Below, piece by piece: positions 8,996 to 16,744 of a stretch of DNA of 64,000 bases. Position 1 is the first letter of the stretch; every line of letters starts with the position of its first letter. Made by a program: the position numbers and the translations under genes. The notes under the pieces are model-generated. The model had not been told where the DNA came from, searched no databases, and saw only the letters and a list, made by a program, of their open reading frames with translations. Source of the DNA: a virus; IMG/VR virus record IMGVR_UViG_3300051212_000701, positions 1 to 64,000 of that record; one strand, 5' to 3'.

Positions 8996-9192
8996 TAATC
9001 ATCTTCCTCTATATGCTCAAAGACTATCTCGTCCATGACTGTGAACTCATCATTTTCCATAAGCTCTTCTATTTCTTCCCCATCTTTTTCGTATTTAACT
9101 TTTGAAGCGTAAGTGCCCAAGCTCTCTACAGTTCCATATACTCTTTCTACATGCAAAAATACAACATTAACTACTTCGTAATATTTTTTCAC
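8995..9192 (-). CDS. hypothetical protein
   Basis: ORF track, operon packing. Confidence 0.65.
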   Translation of the reverse strand: MKKYYEVVNVVFLHVERVYGTVESLGTYASKVKYEKDGEEIEELMENDEFTVMDEIVFEHIEEDD

Positions 9193-9493
9193 TGGGTACC
9201 CCTTCTAGTTCGCATCTTACTCCGTAAGACTCGATTAACCTTTTAACTCTGTCAACATAATCTATAACCATTTCCTTTTTGGTTCCTTGATACTGTATAA
9301 AATTATCTTCATATAATCTTAAAGCTAAAAAATCTGGGTACTGCACCACATCCAGCATGAGATCTGGAACTGGTTTTTTTATTTCACGTACTTTAGTAGA
9401 CATCTCTTTAGTATAAAAAACTGGCTTGTTGGGCTCACCATTCCATAGGTTTATGCCGTGCTTAAAATGATCTTTATTTCCTATTAATTCCAT
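9167..9493 (-). CDS. hypothetical protein
   Basis: ORF track. Confidence 0.7.
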   Translation of the reverse strand: MELIGNKDHFKHGINLWNGEPNKPVFYTKEMSTKVREIKKPVPDLMLDVVQYPDFLALRLYEDNFIQYQGTKKEMVIDYVDRVKRLIESYGVRCELEGVPSEKILRSS

Positions 9494-9794
9494 TTTTAAC
9501 CCTAATCATTTTCCAAACCTCTGGAGTTTTGTGAATGTTTTTCATCTTATCTATTTCTCCGCTATTTAAATATATTCCGCCCCACACTCCATGCTCGTTA
9601 TTTTCTACTGCAGAATCATAACACATTCTAGCAACGGGACAAGATAGACACATTTCGTCTATATTTTTTGCAATATTTACATCAGATTCATATTTATCAT
9701 AGAATAGATTGGTATCCATTCCTCTACAAATAGATAAATGATACCAGCTAAACTCTTCTTGATCTGTTCCTAATTCACTTAAAATATCTGACAT
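9474..9794 (-). CDS. whiB: WhiB family transcription factor
   Basis: C..CLSCPVARMC and GVWGG motif. Confidence 0.93.
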   Translation of the reverse strand: MSDILSELGTDQEEFSWYHLSICRGMDTNLFYDKYESDVNIAKNIDEMCLSCPVARMCYDSAVENNEHGVWGGIYLNSGEIDKMKNIHKTPEVWKMIRVKNGINRK

Positions 9795-10008
9795 ATTTAG
9801 CTGGTAGCTTCCAAATTCCTTCGTTATTAACAGATACTCTTTCTGCTATACCCCAATTATCTTTTCTATACATGCCTTTTATGCTAGTATATCCGCCAGA
9901 ATCTTGTTTCCAAATCATTAGATCATAGTTGTCCCAAAAGGATTCTTGTCTATTTGTTTGTGATTTTCTTATAAAAACCTCTACACCTTTTAATGTGAGA
10001 TTTAACAT
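9775..10008 (-). CDS. hypothetical protein
   Basis: ORF track; AAGGA SD. Confidence 0.7.
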   Translation of the reverse strand: MLNLTLKGVEVFIRKSQTNRQESFWDNYDLMIWKQDSGGYTSIKGMYRKDNWGIAERVSVNNEGIWKLPAKYVRYFK

Positions 10009-10063
10009 TTTATTCCTTGTCTAGTATGTCCGCCTAAACAGTAGGGCCGCAGCCCATATATAT

Positions 10064-10093
10064 ATTATACAGTAAGGATTGCGGCCCTGTCAA
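10064..10093 (-). promoter_or_regulatory. promoter of whiB operon
   Basis: TTGACA-18-TATAAT inside a GC-rich inverted repeat. Confidence 0.75.
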
Positions 10094-10225
10094 TCAAATT
10101 TCTATATCATCTTCTGGAATTTTTAATTCCTCTATTTCTTTATCAATATCTAATATGGTTGGATCTTCTATTAATCCCTTAAACATTAATCTAAGCGTTT
10201 CTATATCTACCTTATTATCTTGCAT
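10094..10225 (-). CDS. small acidic protein (43 aa)
   Basis: Manual ORF MQDNKVDIETLRLMFKG... Confidence 0.5.
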   Translation of the reverse strand: MQDNKVDIETLRLMFKGLIEDPTILDIDKEIEELKIPEDDIEI

Positions 10226-10571
10226 TTTTTGGAATTAGGGTTTGTGGACCTTCTGTGCCAAATATTGATTTCTTAACTGGAACACAATTTGGAACTCGTC
10301 TTCCATTTTTTTCTTTCATTCCGACCTGCTTATACCCTGTCCAGCATGCCTTTTGCATGTTATCCCATTTATCTTCATCTTCATTATCAGACTCATATTT
10401 CTTAGAAATTTCTTCGTCGTCTTCTTCTTTATCTTCCTTTTCGTCCTCTTCTTCATCCTCATCGTCTTCTTCAATTTCAATTTCAATTGCTTTAGTTATA
10501 GGATTAACCACATCATCTAGCATGTCCTTGATTTCTTCTACTATCTCTTGCATTTCCAATGACTTTTTCAT
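10215..10571 (-). CDS. acidic protein with CWxGY...VPNCVP motif
   Basis: D/E tract followed by ACWTGYKQVGMKEKNGRRVPNCVP. Confidence 0.7.
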   Translation of the reverse strand: MKKSLEMQEIVEEIKDMLDDVVNPITKAIEIEIEEDDEDEEEDEKEDKEEDDEEISKKYESDNEDEDKWDNMQKACWTGYKQVGMKEKNGRRVPNCVPVKKSIFGTEGPQTLIPKNAR

Positions 10572-10581
10572 ATTTTTCTCT

Positions 10582-10725
10582 CTATTTTTCCTTAACCTGA
10601 ATAACTTTAACAGACTTTACTTCGTCATCTGCTCCAAAAATATCATTAACATAATCCACTGCATCGTTCTCATCAAAAGCTTCTACTTCCGCATCAACTT
10701 CTATTTTGACCTTGTAGATTTTCAT
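10582..10725 (-). CDS. hypothetical protein (47 aa)
   Basis: Manual ORF MKIYKVKIEVDAEVEAFDENDA... Confidence 0.6.
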   Translation of the reverse strand: MKIYKVKIEVDAEVEAFDENDAVDYVNDIFGADDEVKSVKVIQVKEK

Positions 10726-10727
10726 AT

Positions 10728-11324
10728 TTATTTACCGCAGGTTGGGCACTTTCCATCTGCTGAAGTTGGCTTAGAAGCAACATTCCCAACAGATTTAAAC
10801 TTAGGACGACCAAATCCTACAATTGAAACCATTACTCCTGCTTTGTTTTTCTTATATGCACGAAGTTGCTTGCAGCATTCTCCGCCATTACGCTGGCTTC
10901 CCTTTTTGTGTGAAGAAGTGTTGCCTTCAATACACCATACGGTCCCATCTTCATTATCTTCAATAACAATTCCGACATGAGAAATTCTATCGACACCGTC
11001 TGAAGGGAAATCAAAATAGGCAATATCTCCTGGCTCAGGATCAGCAATATCTCCATCAATCCAAGCGTTTGCTTTCTTGAATGCTGCTGCTCCTCCAGGT
11101 GTGTATACTGTGTTTGGAATCTTGACTCCTGCTTCGTTTGCACACCAATTTACAAAACTTCCACACCAAGGTTGGAAATTTGCCTTGGTGTACGCTCCAT
11201 ATTTTGTCTCGTTGTCTTTTGGTCCTTCGATATATCCTACCTGAGACTTAGCAACTTGAATTAAACGAGCAGCGGTTCCTGCTGGAGCCTTTGCTGTTTC
11301 TGCTGGTACTGGAAAGTCTGTCAT
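10728..11324 (-). CDS. CHAP-domain endolysin
   Basis: N.TKYG, PWCGSFV, PGD, HVGIV, IEGNT; likely start MTDF at 11324 rather than 11378. Confidence 0.9.
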   Translation of the reverse strand: MTDFPVPAETAKAPAGTAARLIQVAKSQVGYIEGPKDNETKYGAYTKANFQPWCGSFVNWCANEAGVKIPNTVYTPGGAAAFKKANAWIDGDIADPEPGDIAYFDFPSDGVDRISHVGIVIEDNEDGTVWCIEGNTSSHKKGSQRNGGECCKQLRAYKKNKAGVMVSIVGFGRPKFKSVGNVASKPTSADGKCPTCGK

Positions 11325-11325
11325 A

Positions 11326-11769
11326 TTAATCCTTATCCCAATCTGTATCAACTGGTTGTTCTGCTGGCATTGCGCCATCTGGCTTCGCAGCTAAACGTGC
11401 TCTAACTGCATCTAGCTCTGCATCAAGCTTATCTTCTGCCATTCTAATTTCTGATTCAAGCTTTTTATCTGCTTGAGTATTTTTTGCATCTACTTCTTTG
11501 TTATCAATCTGTGCTTTCATAATATCTTTAGCACCTGATTGTCCAATTAGAAGACCCGCCAAAGTTCCTGTGATAAATGTTGCAACTGAACCAAGCACGT
11601 TAAAGAACATCTTATCGTTTTCTGACTGCTGCCCAATTGGTTGTGATACGAACAATAGCCCGTATAAAATTCCTACTGATGTCAAAAGAAGAATTGTTCC
11701 AAGAGTCAATCCTAGAATAAATTTCAATCTTGCATCAAGATCCGCTGGTGTTAATCTTTCTTTAGCCAT
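11326..11769 (-). CDS. two-TM membrane protein with coiled coil (holin-like?)
   Basis: Two hydrophobic segments; adjacent to endolysin. Confidence 0.6.
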   Translation of the reverse strand: MAKERLTPADLDARLKFILGLTLGTILLLTSVGILYGLLFVSQPIGQQSENDKMFFNVLGSVATFITGTLAGLLIGQSGAKDIMKAQIDNKEVDAKNTQADKKLESEIRMAEDKLDAELDAVRARLAAKPDGAMPAEQPVDTDWDKD

Positions 11770-11983
11770 TTTTTACCTTACTATTCTGATAGTCTGTCCA
11801 TATTTTTTCGCCAACAATATCTTTGCTGCACGTGCCTGTTGCATCACAAACTGGTGGATTACATTCTGCTTTATCCCAATTTGCTTGATCTTGGCAAGGA
11901 TAGCGGAAACTGCCCTGATACCCACACCCTGTGAGTGTTAGAACTAGCATCACGCTTGACAATGAGGCAATTATTTTTCTCAT
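11762..11983 (-). CDS. small lipoprotein
   Basis: Lipobox LTGC plus four further Cys; leaderless TGCTATAAT promoter. Confidence 0.75.
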   Translation of the reverse strand: MRKIIASLSSVMLVLTLTGCGYQGSFRYPCQDQANWDKAECNPPVCDATGTCSKDIVGEKIWTDYQNSKVKNG

Positions 11984-12001
11984 ATGCCTATTATAGCATT
12001 T

Positions 12002-12196
12002 CTATTCTTCTTTTCGAAGGGGTATGGTTATTAGCCATATAACCGTAGCAACAATAGTAGCAATTCCGACTACATCTTGAGCGGTCCCAGTAAGGGTTAG
12101 CCAGGCAATAAAGAAGCCAAGAAGGGTCCAAACTTGGGCTATACTCTCTTTAACAGCCTCCCAAAGCCAGCTAAACAAGCCTTTGATTATTTTCAT
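12002..12196 (-). CDS. small two-TM membrane protein
   Basis: Hydrophobic; start overlaps stop of upstream gene (TAATG). Confidence 0.75.
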   Translation of the reverse strand: MKIIKGLFSWLWEAVKESIAQVWTLLGFFIAWLTLTGTAQDVVGIATIVATVIWLITIPLRKEE

Positions 12197-14211
12197 TATG
12201 TCCTCCTTGTCATGGCTGCTGCCACAATATTACCTGCAATAATTACTGGCACAATTACTTCCTGCGCCTTTTCTCTTTGGTCATCAGTCATGTCTGACCC
12301 CCAATTTGAAATATCAAACAATTCTTCTAAATTAATATCTGTTAATGCTCCAATTGGATCAGCCAAAAATGCTTCTGTGGCAACTTCAGTAGTTGCATCT
12401 GCTAATGTATATGGCATAGGAGCCTGTGCATTATCTTTAATTCTATCACCGAATTCTTCAAGGGCTTTTGCAACTGTTGGTTCCGCCGCAGCCAATGCCG
12501 CAACCTTTGCTAATTCTTCTGATTTAATTCCAAGGCCCTCTGCCACCGCCGCTTTCTGTTCTGGAGTTAATTTAGTTAGTGTATCTTTACTAGTCAGATC
12601 TGCAATTAGATTTGCTGTTTCTTCTGTGATAACATTAGGCCGTGATGGTTCTTCAGAAGGTTCAGCAGGAGTTGGCTCTGGTTCAGGAGTTGGCTCTGGA
12701 TCTATATCCGATGGCAGAGGTGAAGGCTCTGGTGAAGTCTCAGGAGTGGGCTCTGGATCAACAGTTGGTTCTGGAGTCGGTTCATCTGTGGTATCAGAAC
12801 TTGGCTCAGGATTGGGATCGACTGGTTCAGTTTGCTCAGGCGATGGCTCAGGAGAAGGTTCAGGAGTTGGCTCAGTAGTAGGCTCAACAGTTGGTTCTGG
12901 TGTAGGCTGTGGTTGATTTGCCATAGCTGCGGCGATTGCTGCTTGAACTCTTTGCTGCTCTTCTATTTGCCAAGTAGAATTATATGAATCCCAAGCATCA
13001 TCTATTGCATTATTCATATCAATAACTGATTGATCATATGTTGCAATTGCGCTATTTTTATCTGATAATGCTGTTGTTAGGTTTGATTGAGCGGTTGTAA
13101 GGTTTTGCTCTTTTGTTGTAAGGTTTTGATTGGCAGTTGTTAGGTTTTGAACCTCTTGATTATATATAGATAACTTATCATTACGTACTGTTAATTTAGT
13201 ATTATAAGTTTGTTGTGCTGTAGATTGTGCTTGTTGGGCAGCAGTTAAATTATCTAATTGTTGTTGTGTTGCACCAGATCCATAAGAAAATGTATTAAGG
13301 TTACAGCTAAATCCTACTCCCCACCCACCAGTATAAGCACACCCTGCTGTAGTCCAGCCTCCAGGAATTGACCAACCAAGGAGGTAAGATCCTGGGCCTC
13401 CACCGTTATACCACCATATTTCTACATCTAAAGTTTTATCTTGGCTAACATTATATATTGGAGAGTATGGGCTCCATGTAACACCTTGTTCTACCCAATT
13501 ATCAACAGCTAGTTGTCCATCAACATACATTCTAAATCCGTCGTCTGTGTAACCCGCAAAGTACACACCTGTCCAATCTGATGGTACTGTAATTTTTCCA
13601 GTAAATTTAACAATAATATCTGAATAGTGTCCACAAACTGGAAGGTTCATAGAAGCGGAATTCCAAACACCAGTACATATAACAGAGCCAGGTACTGCTA
13701 TATGTTGTCCATTAACATATCCATCTCTTAATAAGTGGTAAACAGTATATTGTAGTCCTGCTGATCCAGCACTATTTACTGCTGATTGAGCTGTTTGAAG
13801 ATTTGAATTTGCTGTATTTAAATTAATTGTCGCTACATCTAGCTCATCTTGAGCATTATTTTTATTTGTTAATGCGGTAGCAACTGTTGCAGTTTGACCA
13901 TCTACTGCATTTTGTGCTGCTGTTTTTTCAGATAAGGCTGTTGCTTCAGCCTCAACTGCAGCATCATAAGCAGTAATTTTGCTATCTCTATCTGCTTTTG
14001 CAGCAACCGCTGAATCGTATTTAGATTCTGCTATATCTATTAAATCTTGTGTGGCTTGCTCTTCATTAAGGCTGCCAACTTTTTCATTTAATTCCGCTAT
14101 CTCTTGAGCGGCTATGCTTAGCGGATCATCGCTATAGGCAGGTGTTAGGAATAGCCAACCAAACCCTAAAATGGCTGCTAATGATAATCTCCATGTTTTA
14201 GTCCTAGTCAA
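12196..14211 (-). CDS. exported PA14-domain surface protein with coiled coils, PE/PT stalk and C-terminal hydrophobic segment
   Basis: Signal peptide (AYS|D); FTGKITVP..TDDGFRMYVDG..WYNGGG PA14 motif; TTG start with AGGAG SD. Confidence 0.8.
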   Translation of the reverse strand: MTRTKTWRLSLAAILGFGWLFLTPAYSDDPLSIAAQEIAELNEKVGSLNEEQATQDLIDIAESKYDSAVAAKADRDSKITAYDAAVEAEATALSEKTAAQNAVDGQTATVATALTNKNNAQDELDVATINLNTANSNLQTAQSAVNSAGSAGLQYTVYHLLRDGYVNGQHIAVPGSVICTGVWNSASMNLPVCGHYSDIIVKFTGKITVPSDWTGVYFAGYTDDGFRMYVDGQLAVDNWVEQGVTWSPYSPIYNVSQDKTLDVEIWWYNGGGPGSYLLGWSIPGGWTTAGCAYTGGWGVGFSCNLNTFSYGSGATQQQLDNLTAAQQAQSTAQQTYNTKLTVRNDKLSIYNQEVQNLTTANQNLTTKEQNLTTAQSNLTTALSDKNSAIATYDQSVIDMNNAIDDAWDSYNSTWQIEEQQRVQAAIAAAMANQPQPTPEPTVEPTTEPTPEPSPEPSPEQTEPVDPNPEPSSDTTDEPTPEPTVDPEPTPETSPEPSPLPSDIDPEPTPEPEPTPAEPSEEPSRPNVITEETANLIADLTSKDTLTKLTPEQKAAVAEGLGIKSEELAKVAALAAAEPTVAKALEEFGDRIKDNAQAPMPYTLADATTEVATEAFLADPIGALTDINLEELFDISNWGSDMTDDQREKAQEVIVPVIIAGNIVAAAMTRRT

Positions 14212-14262
14212 CTATAACTCCTAAACAAACGATTTGCTTGTTTAGTTAATTATATCATTGAA

Positions 14263-14445
14263 CTATTTAGGATTATCTGTTTTGTAAAAGCCCGTTCCTT
14301 TAAACTGAATACCAAATGAGCCATACTGCTTTATCATTGCAGCACCGCATTTTTCACAAAGCTCAGTCATTGATGCTTCACTTATTGGCTTATTAATCTC
14401 TTTAGTGTGTTCACATATAATACACTTATAATCGTATGATGGCAT
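14263..14445 (-). CDS. FmdB-family zinc ribbon protein
   Basis: MPSYDYKC..C...CEKCG...FKGTGFYKTD. Confidence 0.9.
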   Translation of the reverse strand: MPSYDYKCIICEHTKEINKPISEASMTELCEKCGAAMIKQYGSFGIQFKGTGFYKTDNPK

Positions 14446-15452
14446 TACTTTTCCAATCTATGATATGACTCTTTAAGGCTTGCGCTTGAAACCTTAATAA
14501 ATTCTGCATCTTTAGCAAGATCTGAAAGGTTCTTTACTCCGCCGTAAGAGCAACCACTAGATATTGAATTTTTTATAGAGTTTAATGTGTCTAGTACAGT
14601 TCCTTTATGTGGCACCTTGCCCTCTTCTCCTTCTGTATATGGATTTGCAATTCCCATTTCTTTTTGAAGACCTTCCGATGCTAAACCTCTAAACACTCCT
14701 GGATCCCCGTCGCACTCATTATGCCCTGCAAACATTGAACCCATCATAACTGCACTTGCTCCAGCTGCAAATGCTTTTACTATATCTCCATTACTTTTAA
14801 TTCCGCCGTCTGCAATAATTCCATTTACACTATCATCCTTAACCTTTTGATATATATCAACTATGGAAGAGAATACTGGAACCCCAAACCCTGTCTCAAT
14901 TCTTGTCATACAGGCTGCACCACCGCCTATTCCAACTCTGACTGAGTCAGCGCCAGCGTCCATTAAGTTTTTATATGCTCCGTAAGAAGACACATTTCCA
15001 ACCATTATATGCACTTCGTCAGGTACAAGAGATCTTAATTTTTTAACACCATTAATAGCCTCATCTGTATGTGCAAATGCAGTATCTATTAATATAACAT
15101 TTACATGATTTTCTAATAAGTAGTCTATATATTTTTTGGTTGAGCAATCGCTTATATTAATTGATACTCCAGCATTGTTTTTTAATAATTCTATTTGTTT
15201 ATGCTTTGAAGATATACTTTGATGTCGTTGAACAAATCCTAGTCCGCCTTTATAAAATATAGACTTTAACATTTCTGTACTACTTATATATTCCATAGGC
15301 GCAATCATTATTGGTAAAGAAAACTTTTTCCACGCTTTAGGATTATTTGGATTCCCTAAGATCATTGAGGTGTCAACCAATGATCTACTTTGAACCTTAC
15401 TGTTGTCAGCTGGAACTATTAATACATCATCATAACATAATGATTCTTGCAT
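14445..15452 (-). CDS. IMP dehydrogenase/GMP reductase family (no CBS domains)
   Basis: YDDVL, APM, GNV, VGIGGGAACMTR, IIADGGI, GDIVKA, MMGSMFAG. Confidence 0.9.
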   Translation of the reverse strand: MQESLCYDDVLIVPADNSKVQSRSLVDTSMILGNPNNPKAWKKFSLPIMIAPMEYISSTEMLKSIFYKGGLGFVQRHQSISSKHKQIELLKNNAGVSINISDCSTKKYIDYLLENHVNVILIDTAFAHTDEAINGVKKLRSLVPDEVHIMVGNVSSYGAYKNLMDAGADSVRVGIGGGAACMTRIETGFGVPVFSSIVDIYQKVKDDSVNGIIADGGIKSNGDIVKAFAAGASAVMMGSMFAGHNECDGDPGVFRGLASEGLQKEMGIANPYTEGEEGKVPHKGTVLDTLNSIKNSISSGCSYGGVKNLSDLAKDAEFIKVSSASLKESYHRLEK

Positions 15453-15859
15453 TACTTGCCGCTTTGTTTTCTTTTTTCAGCTAAGGCAGCAAAATCTTTG
15501 ACCTTAGTTTCTCCCATATAATTCCAAGCATAGCCGTCTTCTATCATTTGCTCATTGATAGACTTTGTTGATCCGTTTATATATACCCACCCTAAGATTC
15601 TTCCATATTTTTCAGAAGAGTCTGGTAGTTCTGTTTTAATAACTATATCTGTTGCATCCTTTAGCTTTGACTTTACATATTCTTTTGCTTCAAGGCCAAG
15701 GGTTTTTTCAAATCTATCTTTGGTTCTTGATTCTGGAGTATCAATGCCAGCAAGGCGTACTCTTTGCGAATAAGACACATTAAATCCTAGGTCTATGTCA
15801 ACATCAATAGTGTCTCCGTCTACAACCCCTACAAGCTTTTTTACACGATACTCGTACAT
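15452..15859 (-). CDS. thermonuclease (SNase family)
   Basis: VVDGDTID, RVRLAGIDTPES, KYGRILG; start MYEY with AGGAG SD. Confidence 0.9.
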   Translation of the reverse strand: MYEYRVKKLVGVVDGDTIDVDIDLGFNVSYSQRVRLAGIDTPESRTKDRFEKTLGLEAKEYVKSKLKDATDIVIKTELPDSSEKYGRILGWVYINGSTKSINEQMIEDGYAWNYMGETKVKDFAALAEKRKQSGK

Positions 15860-15938
15860 AATTCTCCTAAATTTTAATGAGCAGTTTAGCCGCATGCTCA
15901 GGCGGATCCTGGGCAGCGATGCCCACGATACTATTATA
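15860..15938 (-). promoter_or_regulatory. promoter and structured leader (hairpin + H-type pseudoknot)
   Basis: GGTATAAT; TGGGCA/TGCCCA hairpin; CCGC/GCGG crossing GAGCA/TGCTC. Confidence 0.6.
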
Positions 15939-15940
15939 CC

Positions 15941-16360
15941 TTATTTAATTTTGATTGTTTTTGGTTTCTTTTCTTCGGGAATGTTTCTTTCCACAAAGAC
16001 ATCAAGAATGCCGTCTGCCATTTCAGCACGATCAACCTCCATATACTCTCCAAGAGCAAAGGTGCGTGTGAATTTTCTTGCGGCGATACCCTTATGAAGA
16101 ACTTCATGAGAAGTATCTTCGGCTTTTTCACCCTTGATTACTAAACTTCCATTATCCACAGAAACCTCTACTTCGCTCTTGCTAAAACCAGCAATAGCTA
16201 AAGATAGTTTATAGGTGTCTTCGTCAATCTTTACCAAATTATATGGTGGGTATGATTGATGAGTTGCCTCACGATGGATATGTGAAAGACGGTCCAACTC
16301 TCTGTTGAAACCAATAAAGAACGGATCATTAAAAAGATCCAATGCAAAATGTGTTACCAT
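15941..16360 (-). CDS. small heat shock protein (Hsp20/IbpA)
   Basis: YPPYN, LAIAGF, LHKGIAARKFTRTF, GIL motifs. Confidence 0.95.
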   Translation of the reverse strand: MVTHFALDLFNDPFFIGFNRELDRLSHIHREATHQSYPPYNLVKIDEDTYKLSLAIAGFSKSEVEVSVDNGSLVIKGEKAEDTSHEVLHKGIAARKFTRTFALGEYMEVDRAEMADGILDVFVERNIPEEKKPKTIKIK

Positions 16361-16429
16361 TTTATTCCTCCTATTAAGCGAATAAATTAATTTATGAACC
16401 CCGATTGGCGGTTCATAATTATTATACCA
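16361..16429 (-). promoter_or_regulatory. hsp20 promoter and ROSE-like leader
   Basis: TGGTATAAT, two hairpins; UCGCU opposite AGGAG. Confidence 0.65.
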
Positions 16430-16437
16430 TATTGCAG

Positions 16438-16510
16438 AGCCCCGTAACAGAATCGAACTGTTGACCTACGCATTACAAGTGCGTCGCTCTACCGTCTGAG
16501 CTAACAGGGC
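16438..16510 (-). tRNA. tRNA-Thr(UGU)
   Basis: Cloverleaf GCCCTGT...CTTGTAA...GTTCGATTC...ACGGGGC. Confidence 0.93.
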
Positions 16511-16511
16511 T

Positions 16512-16585
16512 TGGAGCGGATGACGAGAATCGAACTCGCACCATCTGCTTGGAAGGCAGAAGCACTACCATTATGCAACATCCGC
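16512..16585 (-). tRNA. tRNA-Gly(UCC), encoded CCA
   Basis: GCGGATG...CTTCCAA...GTTCGATTC...CATCCGCTCCA. Confidence 0.95.
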
Positions 16586-16589
16586 ATTG

Positions 16590-16662
16590 CTGGACCACCA
16601 GGGCTCGAACCTGGGACCTAGAAGTTAACAGCTTCCCGCTCTGCCGACTGAGCTATGGTCCA
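16590..16662 (-). tRNA. tRNA-Asn(GUU)
   Basis: TGGACCA...CTGTTAA...GTTCGAGCC...TGGTCCAG. Confidence 0.93.
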
Positions 16663-16666
16663 TTTG

Positions 16667-16739
16667 CGCCTTTGGCAGGAGTCGAACCTGCGACCAAGAC
16701 CTTAGAAGAGTCCTGCTCTGTCCTCTGAGCTACAAAGGC
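16667..16739 (-). tRNA. tRNA-Arg(UCU)
   Basis: GCCTTTG...CTTCTAA...GTTCGACTC...CAAAGGCG. Confidence 0.93.
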
Positions 16740-16744
16740 AATTT

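Noticed and set aside
12640-12910. Repeat tract
   Set aside because: Explained by the PE/PT stalk of the PA14 protein
15860-15895. Track's longer N-terminus for the nuclease
   Set aside because: SD supports start at 15859; upstream part is the structured leader
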